DNA of 64,000 bases from Octopus sinensis (GCF_006345805.1 NC_043001.1:113646001-113710000), one strand, 5' to 3'. Counted from the first letter of the stretch, positions 1 to 13,812 are shown. Translations and numbers: made by a program. Notes: generated by a model from the letters alone, not told the origin.

Positions 1-285
1 AAACTGAAAGAAGCCGTCGTATATACGTATATATATATATATAATATATATATAATATATATGCGTGCGTGTGTTTGTGTGTCTGTGTTTGTCCCCCTAG
101 CATTGCATGACAACGATGCTGGTGTGTTTCTGTCTCCGTTACCTAGCGGTTCGGCAAAAGAGACCGATACAATAAGTACTGGGCTTACAAAAGAATAAGT
201 CCCGGAGTCGAGTTGCTCGATTAAAGGCGGTGCTCCAGCATGGCCGCAGTCAAATGACTGAAACAAGTAAAAGAGTAAAAGAGTA
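1..285 (+). mobile_element. SINE family A, 3' two-thirds (window edge)
   Basis: Matches the full copies at 4989-5410 and 30901-31326: internal (TA)n/(TG)n, body and GTAAAAGA-repeat tail. Confidence 0.9.
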
Positions 286-792
286 TATGTTGGATCATTC
301 TTAACTTAAATGTTTCACTTTCCATTAAAAGTTTTCAATGTTCCTCAGTTTTAACCTCATGGGACTTGATATTTTCTGCTCTATAAGATCTTCCTAAGCA
401 ATTGATATTACAATAGTTCTTATTTTTTAATCATTTCTGGGCTGATTTGGAATTCAACTTTTGTGAGAAATCTCCTTCAAACAGACCCGACGAAATATCT
501 GTGGCAAACTGTCAGGAGTTTCACAGACAATACTTTGCAATAAAAAATGAAACGGTGGAATTTCGTTTGTCCGCGCTTATTTGCTTTTAAAAGAGATTTC
601 AGGTCGTATATGACAGGCTGGGTATTTAGTATTGAAAAATGTATTTCTCTGGTCTCTGTTACCTCATGTCTTCTGTATAAGATGGTGCATTCATACACGT
701 TACTCTTTTCTCTCTTTTACTCTTTTACATGTTTCAGTCATTTGACTGCGGCCTAGAAGATGGGTTGGGTTTACTTCCCTGCTTGCAATATA

Positions 793-1206
793 TACTCTTT
801 TTACTCTTTTACTCTTTTACTCTTTTACCTGTTTCAGTCAACTTGACTGCGGCCATGCTGGAGCACCGCCTTTAGTCGAGCAAATCGACCCCGGGATTTA
901 TTCTTTGTAAGCCCAGTACTTATTCTATCGGTCTCTTTTGCCGAACCGCTAAGTGACGGGGACGTAAACACACCAGCATCGGTTGTCAAGCAATGCTAGG
1001 GGTACAAACACATACATACATATACATATATATACATATATACGACTGGCTTCTTTCAGTTTCCGTCTACTAAATCCACTCACAAGGCATTGGTCGGCCC
1101 GGGGCTATAGCAGAAGACACTTGCCCAAGATGCCACGCAGTGGGACTGAACCCAGAACCATGTGGTTGGTTAGCAAGCTACTTACAACACAGCCACTCCT
1201 GCGCCT
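793..1206 (-). mobile_element. SINE family A, full length; extra 3' stub at about 700-753
   Basis: Reverse complement has the tRNA-like head AGGCGCAGGAGTGGCTGTG..GGTTCAGTCCC (A/B-box-like), the family body and the (GTAAAAGA)n tail. Confidence 0.9.
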
Positions 1207-2242
1207 GTTTTTTTTTTTGCTTATTTTTGCTTTTCCGCCGATGCTGTAGCCATTTGACTAGTCTTCTATAGACTGTGTGTTGTAGAGAGAAACATAGTTT
1301 TACGTAGGGCACATTACCAGTAGATTCTCTGTTGCAATGATGTTCTGACATCTGCTTCTGACTGTTATATGAAGTTCTGGCAAGAGAAAGAAAGACTGAG
1401 AAAGAAAGAGGGAGAGAGAAAGAAGGAGATAGAGATAAATGTATATGTACATATGAATATACGCATATGTATATATGTGTGTGTATGTGAGTGTGTGTGT
1501 GTATGTATGTGCTCATGTGTGCGCGCGTATGTGTGCCTTTTGTGCACGTAGAAATATGCACATATACGTAGAACAAAACGGTAAATCCATTTCATAATGT
1601 AATTAGAACGAGAAGTTTCAGAACCTTTTCGAACAATAAATCGATGAAAAAATGAATGAATAAAGAAAAATCTTTATAGAAATGTTATGAAATTAATAAA
1701 AAAAAAACACCTACTAAATAATTTACCATATATGGTAAATTGTTGCATAGTTTATATTTCATTGAAACGTGGTTTTCGGATTCAATTATATACAAAAGTC
1801 AACACCTGTAAAATAGCAAAGTTTTTACATGAAATTGTAATTGTAACGCTTAGGAAATACAGAATGGTTTTCCTCCACATTTGTACACGCATTTACACAT
1901 ATCATTAAGCACATTCATTCAAACACACACACGCACGCACGCACACGCATAACGTGCATACACAAATATCTTCATACGCACGCAAACATACATACACACA
2001 CAATCATGTATTTATATATACATATATGTATAATATTATACATCTTCATGAACATATCTCTATTTATGTCTGTATGTATGTATGTATGTTTGTATGTATG
2101 TATGTATGTATGTATGTATGTATGTATGTATGTATGTATGTATGCATGAGTGTGTACGTATGCATGTATGCTTCTATGCACGTATCTGTAGTGCGGTATT
2201 TATAATATCGGATATCAAATTAAACAAACCGCAAAGTTTATC

Positions 2243-2780
2243 GACGAAGCAGCTCCAATAGCTCATTCAATGCAAAAAATGATGAACAATCTCAACTGTG
2301 CGTGCCGTGCCTTCAGCTTAACAATCAGGCAATAGAAGACGAAGGTAATGGGCCAAGGAACCTCGGATCCCCCGTCGTTACTATCGATAAGCATTCACTC
2401 GATGTGGTCCGTGAGTTTACGTACCTTGGCTCAACAATTACGTAAGGCCTCACACTCGACCAAAAGCTAAACAGGAAAATTGGGTTAGCAGCTTCGACCT
2501 TCGCCAAACTAGCTTAAAAAGTGTTGTTAAACGGTAAGCTGACGAGATCCACCAAATTCACAGTCTATAAAGAATGTGTCCTCAGCACCTTGCTATATGG
2601 TGGTGAGACCGCATCACCAAAAACGAGATACTTATCCATTCCCAGCTATTAACTACTTTCACACTACTTCGGTAATGCCGTCTCCGCTAGCTGGGTCACG
2701 TGCGCCGGATGCCTGATGGGAGGTAACCGAAAGATATACTGTATGGGGAGCTAGACTCCGAAAGACGTACTCGCCGACTG
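2243..2780 (+). pseudogene. RTE-clade LINE reverse transcriptase C-terminal relic
   Basis: Manual translation gives KTKVMGQG..DVVREFTYLGSTIT*..KIGLAASTFAKLA*KVLLNGKLTRSTKFTVYKECVLSTLLYGGET and RLR*LGHVRRMPDGR*PKDILYGEL, the typical RTE thumb-region motifs, with stops. Confidence 0.85.
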
Positions 2781-2795
2781 CATCAGGTCATTATT

Positions 2796-2833
<38 letters not shown>

Positions 2834-2844
2834 TATTATTATAA

Positions 2845-3600
2845 TTCCCTTTTCATTTGCATGTTTTTTACAATCACTTGCCAAAAAGGGACTAACTTAA
2901 CATTTCTCATTGACCACAAATGTTATGTTTTCCATGCTAATAGTTAATATGATTCATTCTTCTTGAATTCTTTGTAACAGACCTTATTGTCGGCTGGACA
3001 AGCCACATCTAAAAACAACATTCTTTTTGATGACTTTGATAATCACCATTATATCTGGTTTGCGGTCTTCAGCTTCATGGTCACATTGTACCATAAAGTT
3101 CCATTGGCGGAATCCATCCTAGGGATCGCCCTACCAACCACGTTTAATAAGGTGTAGCAGGCGGTATTCATTTGCCTTATGGCTATGACTAAGGTTTCCA
3201 AGTTTTCTACACTTTATAAGGTGAACAATGCTGGCAACGGTTACCATTCTATAAAGGCGGCGAGCTGGCAGAAACGTTAGCACGCCGGGCGAAATGCTTA
3301 GCGGTATTTCGTCTGCCGTTACGTTGTGAGTTCAAATTCCGCCGAGGTCGAATTTGCCTTTCATCCTTTTGGGGTCGATAAATTAAGTACCAGTTACGCA
3401 CTGGGGTCGATGTAATCGACTTAATACCTATGCCTGTCCTTGTTTGTCCCCTCTGTGTTTAGCCCCTTGTGGGTAATAAAGAAATAGGTTACCATTCTAT
3501 AGACCAGTAGTGGAAGAAGGGATTTGGCTTTTGGCCTGGAAAGAGCTCTAGATGCTAATAAGGGGAGTTTTTCTTCGGCTCTTTTTGAGAATTTTCAATG
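2845..3600 (-). pseudogene. Degraded R4/Dong-like non-LTR relic (restriction-like endonuclease), interrupted by SINE B
   Basis: Minus strand reads, across frameshifts, RKPDIMVI..KRMLFLDVACPADNKVCYKEFKKNESY*LLAW..HLWSMRNVKLVP (PD..D..P..K.K RLE pattern). It ends in TAA/TGA repeats near 2845. The upstream boundary is approximate. Confidence 0.65.
3254..3486 (+). mobile_element. SINE family B, full length, 15-bp TSD
   Basis: Head GGCGGCGAGCTGGCAGAA..GAGTTCAAATTCC (B box), central TTTGCCTTTCATCCTTT..GGGGTCGATAAATTAAGTACCAG domain, tail AATAAAGAAATA. TSD GGTTACCATTCTATA at 3239-3253 and 3487-3501. Confidence 0.92.
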
Positions 3601-3805
3601 AAACTGGCTTTTGTTCAGCGCATTTGTATCGTTTGTTTATGGGTTTATGTTAAACATCTTTTGTCGCACTGTTTCTTGTAGGTTTGGCAAATTTATAGTG
3701 AATTCCTTGTTCTGAAGCCATGTTTGGCGGTGCTGATTGATGAGTGACATAAAGTGCGTGATAGCGAAACCTTCGTGCCGTTTGCGAAAACCAACCACAT
3801 GCGTG

Positions 3806-4063
3806 ATGTATGTGTGTATGTATGTATGTATGTATGTATGTATGTATGTATGTATGTATGTATGTATGTATATATGTATATATGTATGTATGTATGTATG
3901 TATGTACGTATGTATGTGTGTATGTATGTATGCATGCATGTATGTATGTATGTATGTATGTATGTATGTATGTATGTATGTAGAAATGTATGTATGTATG
4001 TAGATATGTATGTATGTATGTATGTATGTGTGTGTATGTATGATGTATCTCTTTCTCTGTGTG

Positions 4064-4105
<42 letters not shown>

Positions 4106-4258
4106 CACACACAAACAGACACATATATAAGCGTATGCAAATATTCCCGCGTATCTATAGATATGTGTGTATGTATATATAAATACACATGTATTTATAT
4201 CATATATATGTGTGTGTGTGTGTGTGTGTGTAAATATATATACTGCATATGTACACAC

Positions 4259-4312
<54 letters not shown>

Positions 4313-4320
4313 GTATGTAT
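3806..4320. repeat. Compound microsatellite (TATG)n/(TA)n/(TG)n/(CA)n
   Basis: Seen directly; it explains the MYVC/HTYI ORFs. Confidence 0.95.
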
Positions 4321-4595
4321 TGTGAATTTCACATCATCGGCGACTCCTTGTTGCGTGTCATCTTTCTTCACGAAATTAGTAATTGGTTTATTCCTTCAAA
4401 TGTGAGGTTGCTTTTATTTAAGTAATCTCGTATGCGCTAAAATAAACAGAAATAGCCAAACAAATCACATACACAGACATGCACGCACACACGTGTACGC
4501 GTGTATATATATGTACGTATGTTTATCATATTATTGTTATATATTATATATCTATCCCAATATTCATACATAGTGCAAATACATATGGCAAATAC

Positions 4596-4647
<52 letters not shown>

Positions 4648-4988
4648 ACATACACACATATATATATATGTATGGTGATACTTGAAATGTGATTGACTCC
4701 AGGCTTCTTTCATGAAATGTTAATTTGATACTGGACACAAGAAATGAATATAACGCAATTCCTAAGACCTCACACGTACACTCACAAATTATACATGTAC
4801 GCACCTACATTAATTTGCCTTCGTATATACATACAAATACAAACTTAACGACGTATTTGTATAAATGGTTTCATTAATTGGACACTCCAATTGCATGTGT
4901 GTCACTCTCACTGTCAGTATATATATATAATTAATGAGGGTAGAAATTGATACTTTAGTGGTCATTCCTCTCAATTTTTGTATATATA

Positions 4989-5407
4989 CAGGAGTGGCTG
5001 TGTGGTAAGTAGCTTGCTAACCAGCTACATGGTTCCGGGTTCAGTCCCACTGCGTGGTACCTTGGGCAAGTGTCTTCTGCTATAGCCCCGGGCCGACCAA
5101 TGCCTTGTGAGTGGATTTGGTAGACGGAAACTGAAAGAAGACTGTGGTATATATGTATATATATATATATAGGTGTGTGTGTATATGTTTGTGTGTCTGT
5201 GTTTGTTCCCCTAGCATTGCTTGACAACCGATGCTGATGTGTTTACGTCCCCGTCACTTAGAGGTTCGGAAAAAGAGACCGATAGAATAAGTACTGGGCT
5301 TACAAAGAATAAGTCCCGGGGTCGATTTGCTCGACTAAATGCGGTGCTCCAGCATGGCCGCAGTCAAATGACTGAAACAAGTAAAAGAGTAAAAAGAGTA
5401 AAAAGAG

Positions 5408-5410
<3 letters not shown>
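4989..5410 (+). mobile_element. SINE family A, full length
   Basis: tRNA-like head, internal (TA)n(TG)n and (GTAAAAGA)n tail; flanked by (TA)n. Confidence 0.92.
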
Positions 5411-5447
<37 letters not shown>

Positions 5448-5874
5448 TATATAAAGGAAATGAAGAAAATGCTGACAAAATAATTTAAGTAAGGGAGAGT
5501 GTATTTAATTAGGTGAAAGTTCTTTTTTTAAACAAAAAAAGAGAAAAATTGGGTTAGAATACAATGTTCATTTTTTGTGAATGATTTCAGTGTATACGAA
5601 AAAAGTAAGAGTCTTTTACAGTGTTCTGTTTCAGAATAAGATATTTAGTAAAAGCGTGTAATATACAGTTTTTTTGGAGCTTTTTTTTTCACATATAAGA
5701 GACAGCAAACCCAACATAAAATCAGATAAGAGAAAAAAATCAATCAGAAAGGAACTCTATCTCACTCAAAATATCTTTTGATAAGCATAACAAATGCGCA
5801 ACCGGTAAACTCTTACTTCTTTTATTCTACACTGAAATCTGACATTGAACTTTTCCATAGAAAACTGTATATTA

Positions 5875-6254
5875 CAGTCATTTGACTGCGGCCATGCTGG
5901 AGCACCGCCTTTAGTCGAGCAAATCGACCCCAGGACTTATTCTTTGTAAGCCCAGTACTTATTCTATCGGTCTCTTTTGCCGAAACGCTAAGTGACGAGG
6001 GCGTAAACACACCAGCATCGGTTGTCAAGCAATGCTAGGGGGACAAACACAGACACACAGACACACACACACATACATATATATATACATATATACGACA
6101 GGTTTCTTTCAGTTTCCGTCTACCAAATCCACTCACAAGGCATTGGTCGGCCCGGAGCTATAGTAGAAGACACTTGTCCAAGGTGCCACGCAGTGGGACT
6201 GAACCCGGAACCATGTGGTTGGTTAGCAAGCTACTTACCACACAGCCACTCCTG
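5875..6254 (-). mobile_element. SINE family A lacking its tail
   Basis: Reverse complement of the 4989 copy; the two form a tail-to-tail inverted pair. Confidence 0.9.
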
Positions 6255-6324
6255 GTATAAAACATAAACTAAATGTAATTGCACTTAACTCTTCAAATTT
6301 CGATAATTTGAAATCTCTCAAAGC

Positions 6325-6735
6325 TTGGACACTAAGAAATGCCATCCTTACCGAAGGCCAAACGAAATATTCCAGGATAGAAAGAAAGAATTTGACTTTG
6401 TTTATTTAACAAAAATCTCTCAGTCTGTCGATTTGTCTGCCTTTTTCTCTCTATGTCTATGTCTTACTCTTACCCTTTTTTTCCCTTTTTTCTTCTTTTT
6501 TTCATTTCTCTTTTCTTTTGTTCCTTTTCCATTTTTTCTTTTTTTTTCTTTTTTTTTAATTTAATTTTTTGTTCTTTTTTTCCCTTTTACGATCCCTTTT
6601 GATCGAAAACCTACGCCACCTTTTTTTTGTTTCTTTTGTTTTTTTGTTTTTTGTTTTTTTTCATCCCTCAAAAGAAAAGCTCTACCTTGTAACTTGTCCC
6701 TTCTGTGTGCAGCCCTGTGTGACCAATAAAGAAAC
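6325..6735 (+). mobile_element. Probable LINE 3' UTR fragment whose end resembles the SINE B tail
   Basis: Long T-rich tract, then TGTCCCTTCTGTGTGCAGCCCTGTGTGACCAATAAAGAAA, versus SINE B TGTCCCCTCTGTGTTTAGCCCCTTGTGGGTAATAAAGAAA. Confidence 0.5.
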
Positions 6736-6739
6736 TTAT

Positions 6740-6860
<121 letters not shown>

Positions 6861-7080
6861 CGTCTGTCTGTCTGTCTGTCTGTCTAAGAAACTATACATT
6901 TATCTATCTACCTATAAATTTTCCTGCTATCCACATATTTTACATTAGAATCGAAAAATTTCAGTTAATATTTGACAGCGAACATTAGATTTATTTAGAT
7001 ATAGATGCAAAATTCAGTGCAGTGCCAAAATTGCTATTATTGGTGTAAGTATTATCAGCAAAATTTTTTATCACCACACA

Positions 7081-7111
<31 letters not shown>

Positions 7112-7309
7112 GTTGAGGTTGTTGTTAGAGTTATGCACCTAACTCTTATTGATGTTACTTTTTAGGTTCGGATCGATCCTCAGCCGAAAAACCTATATTG
7201 AAATACATTCCAGCAATATCCATCTCGCCTTTCCTTGTAAACGTTAGTGTCACATCATCGTATCCACGCTACTTTAATGTAGTAGCAGTAGTAGTAGTAG
7301 TAGTAGTAA

Positions 7310-7341
<32 letters not shown>

Positions 7342-7441
7342 NNNNNNNNNNNNNNNNNNNNNNNNNNNNNNNNNNNNNNNNNNNNNNNNNNNNNNNNNNN
7401 NNNNNNNNNNNNNNNNNNNNNNNNNNNNNNNNNNNNNNNNN
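7342..7441. other. Assembly gap (100 N) after a (GTA)n repeat
   Basis: Run of N. Confidence 1.
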
Positions 7442-7612
7442 TTGGAATACTGCGGATATCTACTGATTAAATAATCGAGCTAAGAAGATTAACAGATAAT
7501 CAATAATGACTGAATGCTTTTTCGAAGTAATGGAATAACAGGCGACGAGTTTTGGTATAAATGCTTGCTTAACTTACTGCTACAAATGACTATTAAGGGA
7601 TTCGAGGTAGCG

Positions 7613-8013
7613 AGGCTGAGGACGCTCGACCTTTATTCTCTAGAAAAACGCCGCCGCCGTGGTGATCTCATTCTCGCCCACAACATCATAAGCGGAGAGT
7701 GTAACCTCTCGAAAGAGCTGTTCTTCACTCCTGCTCCAGAGCGTCGGCTGCGGGGTCATTCCGAAAAACTCTACCTGCGACGATTTCATCTCAATCGAAG
7801 GAGAGGAGCTTTCTCCGTCCGGGTTGCGGATCTGTGGAACAAGCTGCCAGACGAGATGGTGAAGATGCCGACGACCGCTTTGTTCAAAGCCTCCCTTGAC
7901 CTCAAGTGGCCTGAACTCTTTACATGAACACCACCCTGTACTTAACTCCATGTCCCCCTACATGGCCATGCTATTTGCTTTTGAGCCAAATTAACTAACT
8001 AACTAACTAACTA
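7613..8013 (+). mobile_element. 5'-truncated stub of the CR1-clade LINE
   Basis: Nearly identical to 33395-33794: RLRTLDLYSLEKRRRRGDLI..WPELFT*, 3' UTR hairpin CCATGT-CCCCCT-ACATGG and (TAAC)n tail. Confidence 0.93.
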
Positions 8014-8559
8014 TAGTATCACAGCTCATGATATTGTAGATCCAGCATGAGGTAATTTTTTTCCGCCCTCGACTCGATTTTATTTAGATTATCTTTCTTT
8101 TTCATTTTTAAAATGTTTGTAAAATATATATCACTAGCATATATTCAGAGCTAGAGACCGCCTAGAGCCGTGATTAACACCGCTTCTAATTAGACCAACC
8201 AATCCAATTGAGAGGAATCCTTTTGTTATCTCAGCAGTGAAATTGAAGCTTATCCATGTATCAAAAGATGCGACCTATTAAACCTTAACTTTCTCAGTAC
8301 ATAGCAAAACAAATGTAAAGTATTCTCTTTGCTTTCAAAATCAAATCTGGTGATATTAGAAAGATTTTGCAGCTGGAATGTTGCTAGCTTTATACAAAGT
8401 ATCGGTTTCTAAAGAAACTCTACGCCTTTATTTGGGCAATTTTTTATTCTTGTACTCCACCCTAACTATTCGTACTTGATAATATACATACATATATACA
8501 TTCCCAAAGATTTTATATAGTACACATATACATACATACATACATATATATTATTATAT

Positions 8560-8622
<63 letters not shown>

Positions 8623-8734
8623 CTATATATATACATATATATATACATATATATATATACACATATATATATATACATGTATGTATATATAATATATATA
8701 TATATAATATATATATATATTATATATATAATAT

Positions 8735-8791
<57 letters not shown>

Positions 8792-9478
8792 CGTGGCGGG
8801 ATATCTGTTGTATAGCATCATACTCTTAGCTTTCCGACACATCTCGGCACAGATACATTGTTAACATCTTGCTTTCTTTCCTTTACTGTTAATAAAGTTT
8901 TTTCTAATTTTTATCACTTCTACTCATTTGTTTGGCTTCGGGTTAGTGAGATCTAACTTATGCTTCAATCTGGCCTGCCTGCAAAGCCAAACAAATGTAG
9001 CACATCTCTCTTGAATGGTCAATACGATAGATGAACAGACTACCAATATGGCAGGTGGTTAAGGTCGATAAAATCTTATCTTGTCAACAGTGCTATGCAA
9101 TAATCAAAATTGAGGCTCTTACACCTCGACAGTTCAATTCACTCATTTTATCAAACTAAAATTTGTTATCAGAGAATGCAGAGTAATTCACCGTTGTCAC
9201 TAAGGTTGTCGCCGTAAAACTGAAAGAAATGTAGTCTATGTGGTCATTACATGTTCTAAAAACAGCAGCCATATTTCGCTTCGCACTATGCCTTATTATG
9301 TTAAAAAGGAAGAACATATTGGATGATGTAGACCTTAAATAGAATATCTAAAACTATGATGGGATGGGCATGGACGGAACATATCGATCATAGACCTCTT
9401 CGATGGGAGTTTATCTCGGTTAAAAAATACAGACACACACACACATACAAATATATACATATTTGCATCATATCTATG

Positions 9479-9574
<96 letters not shown>

Positions 9575-9839
9575 AGTCTATTTGTCTGACAGTCTGTCTA
9601 ATTGTATATGTATATAAATTCGTGGGTGGGAACTCCTAAACAAAGACTAACAGTAAAACACTTTGTATATATAAACATGAATTTGAGAAGTATAAAGAAA
9701 TACTAACGCATACCCAAACACGCATCTCGAGACACATACATACACACACACGCACACATGTACATACACACATATATTTATTTATATATATGCATATGCA
9801 TGTATGTGTGTGTTGTATTATACATTTATATATATATGC

Positions 9840-9919
<80 letters not shown>

Positions 9920-11442
9920 ATATGCAAACACACACACATATATCTACATGTAAAGCGCAGCTCCAAATCCTCAATTTTATACCCTCATTCTGGTACTGTC
10001 TTTCCCCCGACTTTGCCTTTTTCCGCAACAAGCTTCGGTTCCTCTTCTCGTGTTCTTAAACCTTTACCAAGTTCTAGTCTTCGGTGTGACCAATCACCAG
10101 CAAAGTCACCACACCTTTCCAACGTACACCTCTAGAGACTAATTGTCTCTCTGAAAATCAACAGACACATTCATTGAAAGAGCAGTCGCAACATGAGCTA
10201 GACTGGCTCCCAGAGAATAGTAAGTGAATAGTAAGCAAACGTACCACAGTTGCACTCTATGGATTTTGCGTCGTCAACACATTGCGTTAGCAACCGAGAC
10301 CTGGGGCACCTACACGAGATACATGCAGATGTACACATATACACACATTATGTGTGCTTGTGTTTATAAGTAAAAAGAAACTGATCAAAACAGAAAACAG
10401 AGTATGTATATTTCGTATAGCTATACAGCAAGAATAATATCTTCGCATTAAACCTCGAAGTGATTTAGCAATTCAAATAATGATAAAATTCTGATTGATC
10501 CTCTTGCAAAACCAAATCCATCTTTAAAATCCCATTGCATCAAATTAATTTGCAACCGTCGCCTGTCCAAAGCATTTGCATAATTTTGTTCTAAAGGCCC
10601 ATCTTTGTTTTCAGATTTAGCCCTTGTTTCATACAGTCTGAGTAATATAAAGTTTTCCTCTCACTAGTTGCTCTAGTGTTTGAAAAAACAATGGTAGTGT
10701 GAATCATATATGATGTATGGACACCAGAGAAATACGACCTGTGCATCGCATGTAATACACAGGATAGGTAAATGGTTAAAACAGTAAGATACCCAATGAA
10801 CTGTATTCTTATGAGGATATTATCGATAGGAAAAACTTGATGGTTATGGTGGGAATGTCATCTATACTAATAAGGTTCAATCAAGGCTGAGCTGGTAAAC
10901 GTATCAGAATTTTAAGGTAATATTTCCAAACAGTATAGTATAATGTAAAGAACTTTGGTTTACGTTTGCTATGAGATTATATAAATGAGTTTATTTCGAA
11001 TTATTACTTTTTGGATCTTGCTGACGAAGATAACATATTTATATGTATATGTCTGCCAGAGACATTTAGTATCACCAATACAAACACACATACGCACGCA
11101 TGCACACACAGATACTACACATACTCATGCATATATGACACAGAGAGAGCTTGAAAAGCATACAGTTCACTCATGCAAGCGTATAATATGAACATATAGT
11201 GTTGAACACATAGTACGACATACTACTCGTACTACATTGTTAGAGATAAATACATCAATGTTAGCATATAAGCACAGACAGAGACACGATCTACAAACAC
11301 ACAAAAAGACACACATATCTATCTATCGGTCTATCTAGCCAGCCATTTCACTCTCACAATATATGGTGTGTGTGAAGGTGTGTATATATGTATGTAGTTA
11401 TTTACATATGTATATACATATCTCTACGTGTCTCTCTCCCTC

Positions 11443-11478
<36 letters not shown>

Positions 11479-11569
11479 TTCTATCTATCTATCCATCTAT
11501 CTATCTATTTATCTAGCTACCTATCTATGTATGTCTTTCTATCTGTCAATCACTAATTGATATTTGCTT

Positions 11570-12260
11570 TCAACGTGCCCTACAACTCAATATCTACGAA
11601 CTCAGACACCCCAAATTAAAGAAGGATTTACAACCAAAAAGCCCTACCATACATCTCCATACACAACCCTCTTAACAATGAAGCCTTTGACACCATCCTC
11701 CAAAACATTCCCCTACTAAAAAGGGACCACAGAATGAATTTAATCGCACACCATCATAACGCACACCATTGCACACCATCATAAAGAGCAAAAGACAGCC
11801 CAAATCTATGAAAAGCTTCCTAACACAAGCCCGAATACGCTCAACAGCATTGAAGCCATCAGTAAAAAAAAATGTAGAAGACCTAACTGTATTATATGCA
11901 TCAACCTAATTGAGGGATCAGAGTTCCGCCTTCAAACAGGGTCAACGTTTCACAGTGAAAAGCAACTTCACATGTGCTTCGGAGACCCTGATATATGTAT
12001 TAACCTGCTCTGGGTGACGAGAGCAATAGGCCAAATCATAAACGGTCTACATCAAAGGGTGGCTCTGCACAGATCCCAGATCAAAATTCCGAAAAACAGA
12101 AAAATAGCATTCAGCGAACACACTGACATTTGCCCAATAACAAACAACCCAGCTTCAGAATTTTTCTCCTCTATCATTTCAGGGACGATACAACCCGTAG
12201 TCGGCGCGTTAGTAAAGAGTCAGTCTTTACCACATAAAATAAACTCCTCTTGAATGCATC
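11570..12260 (+). pseudogene. Penelope-like element relic: GIY-YIG endonuclease with Cys-rich linker
   Basis: Across frameshifts: KCRRPNC..C, FKQGQRFTVKSNFTCASETLIYVLTCSG..(Y)IGQ..LHQRVALHRSQIKIPKNRKIAFSEHTDIC, the typical PLE C-terminal pattern. Confidence 0.8.
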
Positions 12261-12464
12261 CACCACAAATGACACTATCACCAGGGTCTTAGAATAACAC
12301 TCACGCAAATATTAAAAACGATATATTCAAAACAGACACTTCACATGAATTTATTCAGAACAATTCCAATTACTACTATTACAACCACAACGGGTCACTT
12401 TTAGGTCACTTGGCCATTTAAGAGGATTCCACTAACATCCTGCTATTGTCATACCACTCTCGCA

Positions 12465-12499
12465 TTCTTCTTCTTCTTTCTTCTTCTTCTTCTTCTTCT

Positions 12500-12546
<47 letters not shown>

Positions 12547-12550
12547 TTCT

Positions 12551-12615
<65 letters not shown>

Positions 12616-12626
12616 TTCTTCTTCTT
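12465..12626. repeat. (TTC)n microsatellite
   Basis: Seen directly. Confidence 0.97.
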
Positions 12627-12769
12627 CGCCTCCTTTCTCTACTACTACTGCTGCTTAAATAATCAAAGACAAGAATTCATATCAAGCTAGCTAGAACCCA
12701 CAAGAATAAAAAAGAGAGACAGAGAGACAGAAAAAGGAAAATGTCCATTGCATTTGAAAACTATGGAAA

Positions 12770-12955
12770 TATTTAAAAAAAAAACATTTCATTTAATTTT
12801 TCCACAATCTAATTGTTTTTCATGCTTTACTCTAAGTTGAAAAAGTCGCAAAGTCTGAAACCGGTACTAAAATTTTCTTCATGATAAAATTATTTTAGCA
12901 TTTTCTACCTTGTTTTATTTTCCTTATACATACCAACTCGTGAATTCCTTTTCAA
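12770..12955 (+). mobile_element. Penelope-type terminal repeat (pLTR) with a degenerate minimal hammerhead
   Basis: Second copy at 49905-50075. Lies downstream of the GIY-YIG relic on the same strand and contains TTGAAAA..GAAACCGGTA. Confidence 0.6.
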
Positions 12956-12965
12956 CCTGCTACAC

Positions 12966-13029
<64 letters not shown>

Positions 13030-13609
13030 GTACACGCACTCACACACCCACATATATTTATATACACATATATACATATATGTGAGTGTGTGAGGGAAAG
13101 ATAGAATGTGAGACGGAGAATGAGAGTAAGAGAAAGAGAGAGAGAGAGAGAGGTGGGGTGGAAAGTGAAGTGGATAATATAAATTTGTGAGAACGAACAT
13201 ATTATTTTATGTGGCAGCTATTTCCTCCTTTATTTTTTCACTTATATTTTACTTCAAATAAGAGTTTGATAGAGAACATTAAATGAACAACAACGTTTAA
13301 TGTGAATATTCAACTATGCTCGACTAGATAAAATTATAATGAGCGACTAAATACTAGATGTAAAATTATATCATTAGTATATTATTGTCGGGATATATTT
13401 ATATTTAGCACGACATCTTCATTTCTCTTTAGCCTCTGGAAAATTTCATTTATTTTATTTAATTCATTTCATTTTATTCTATTTGTTTTTGTTTTTGTTT
13501 TTCAAATTTCTTTATTTAATTGATTTCATGATGAGGTAAGTTTAAATTGCTTCAAAACATATATTCATGTCGGTGATATTTAGCTATTGATTTTGTTTTT
13601 CGACGATTA

Positions 13610-13734
13610 ATGATAATGATAATGGTTATGATGATTAACGATAATGGCTAGAATGGCAACGAGGATGATGGTCATGGCGACGACAACGACAACGACAAGA
13701 ATGATTACGACGACGATGATAATGCTGCTGCTGC

Positions 13735-13812
<78 letters not shown>

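Noticed and set aside
7514-7927. 137-aa ORF as an independent gene
   Set aside because: Chance fusion of flanking DNA to the C-terminus of the truncated CR1-clade LINE.
9955-10320. GC-richer island, possibly an LTR fragment or exon
   Set aside because: No second copy, TG..CA ends, PBS or recognisable coding motif found.
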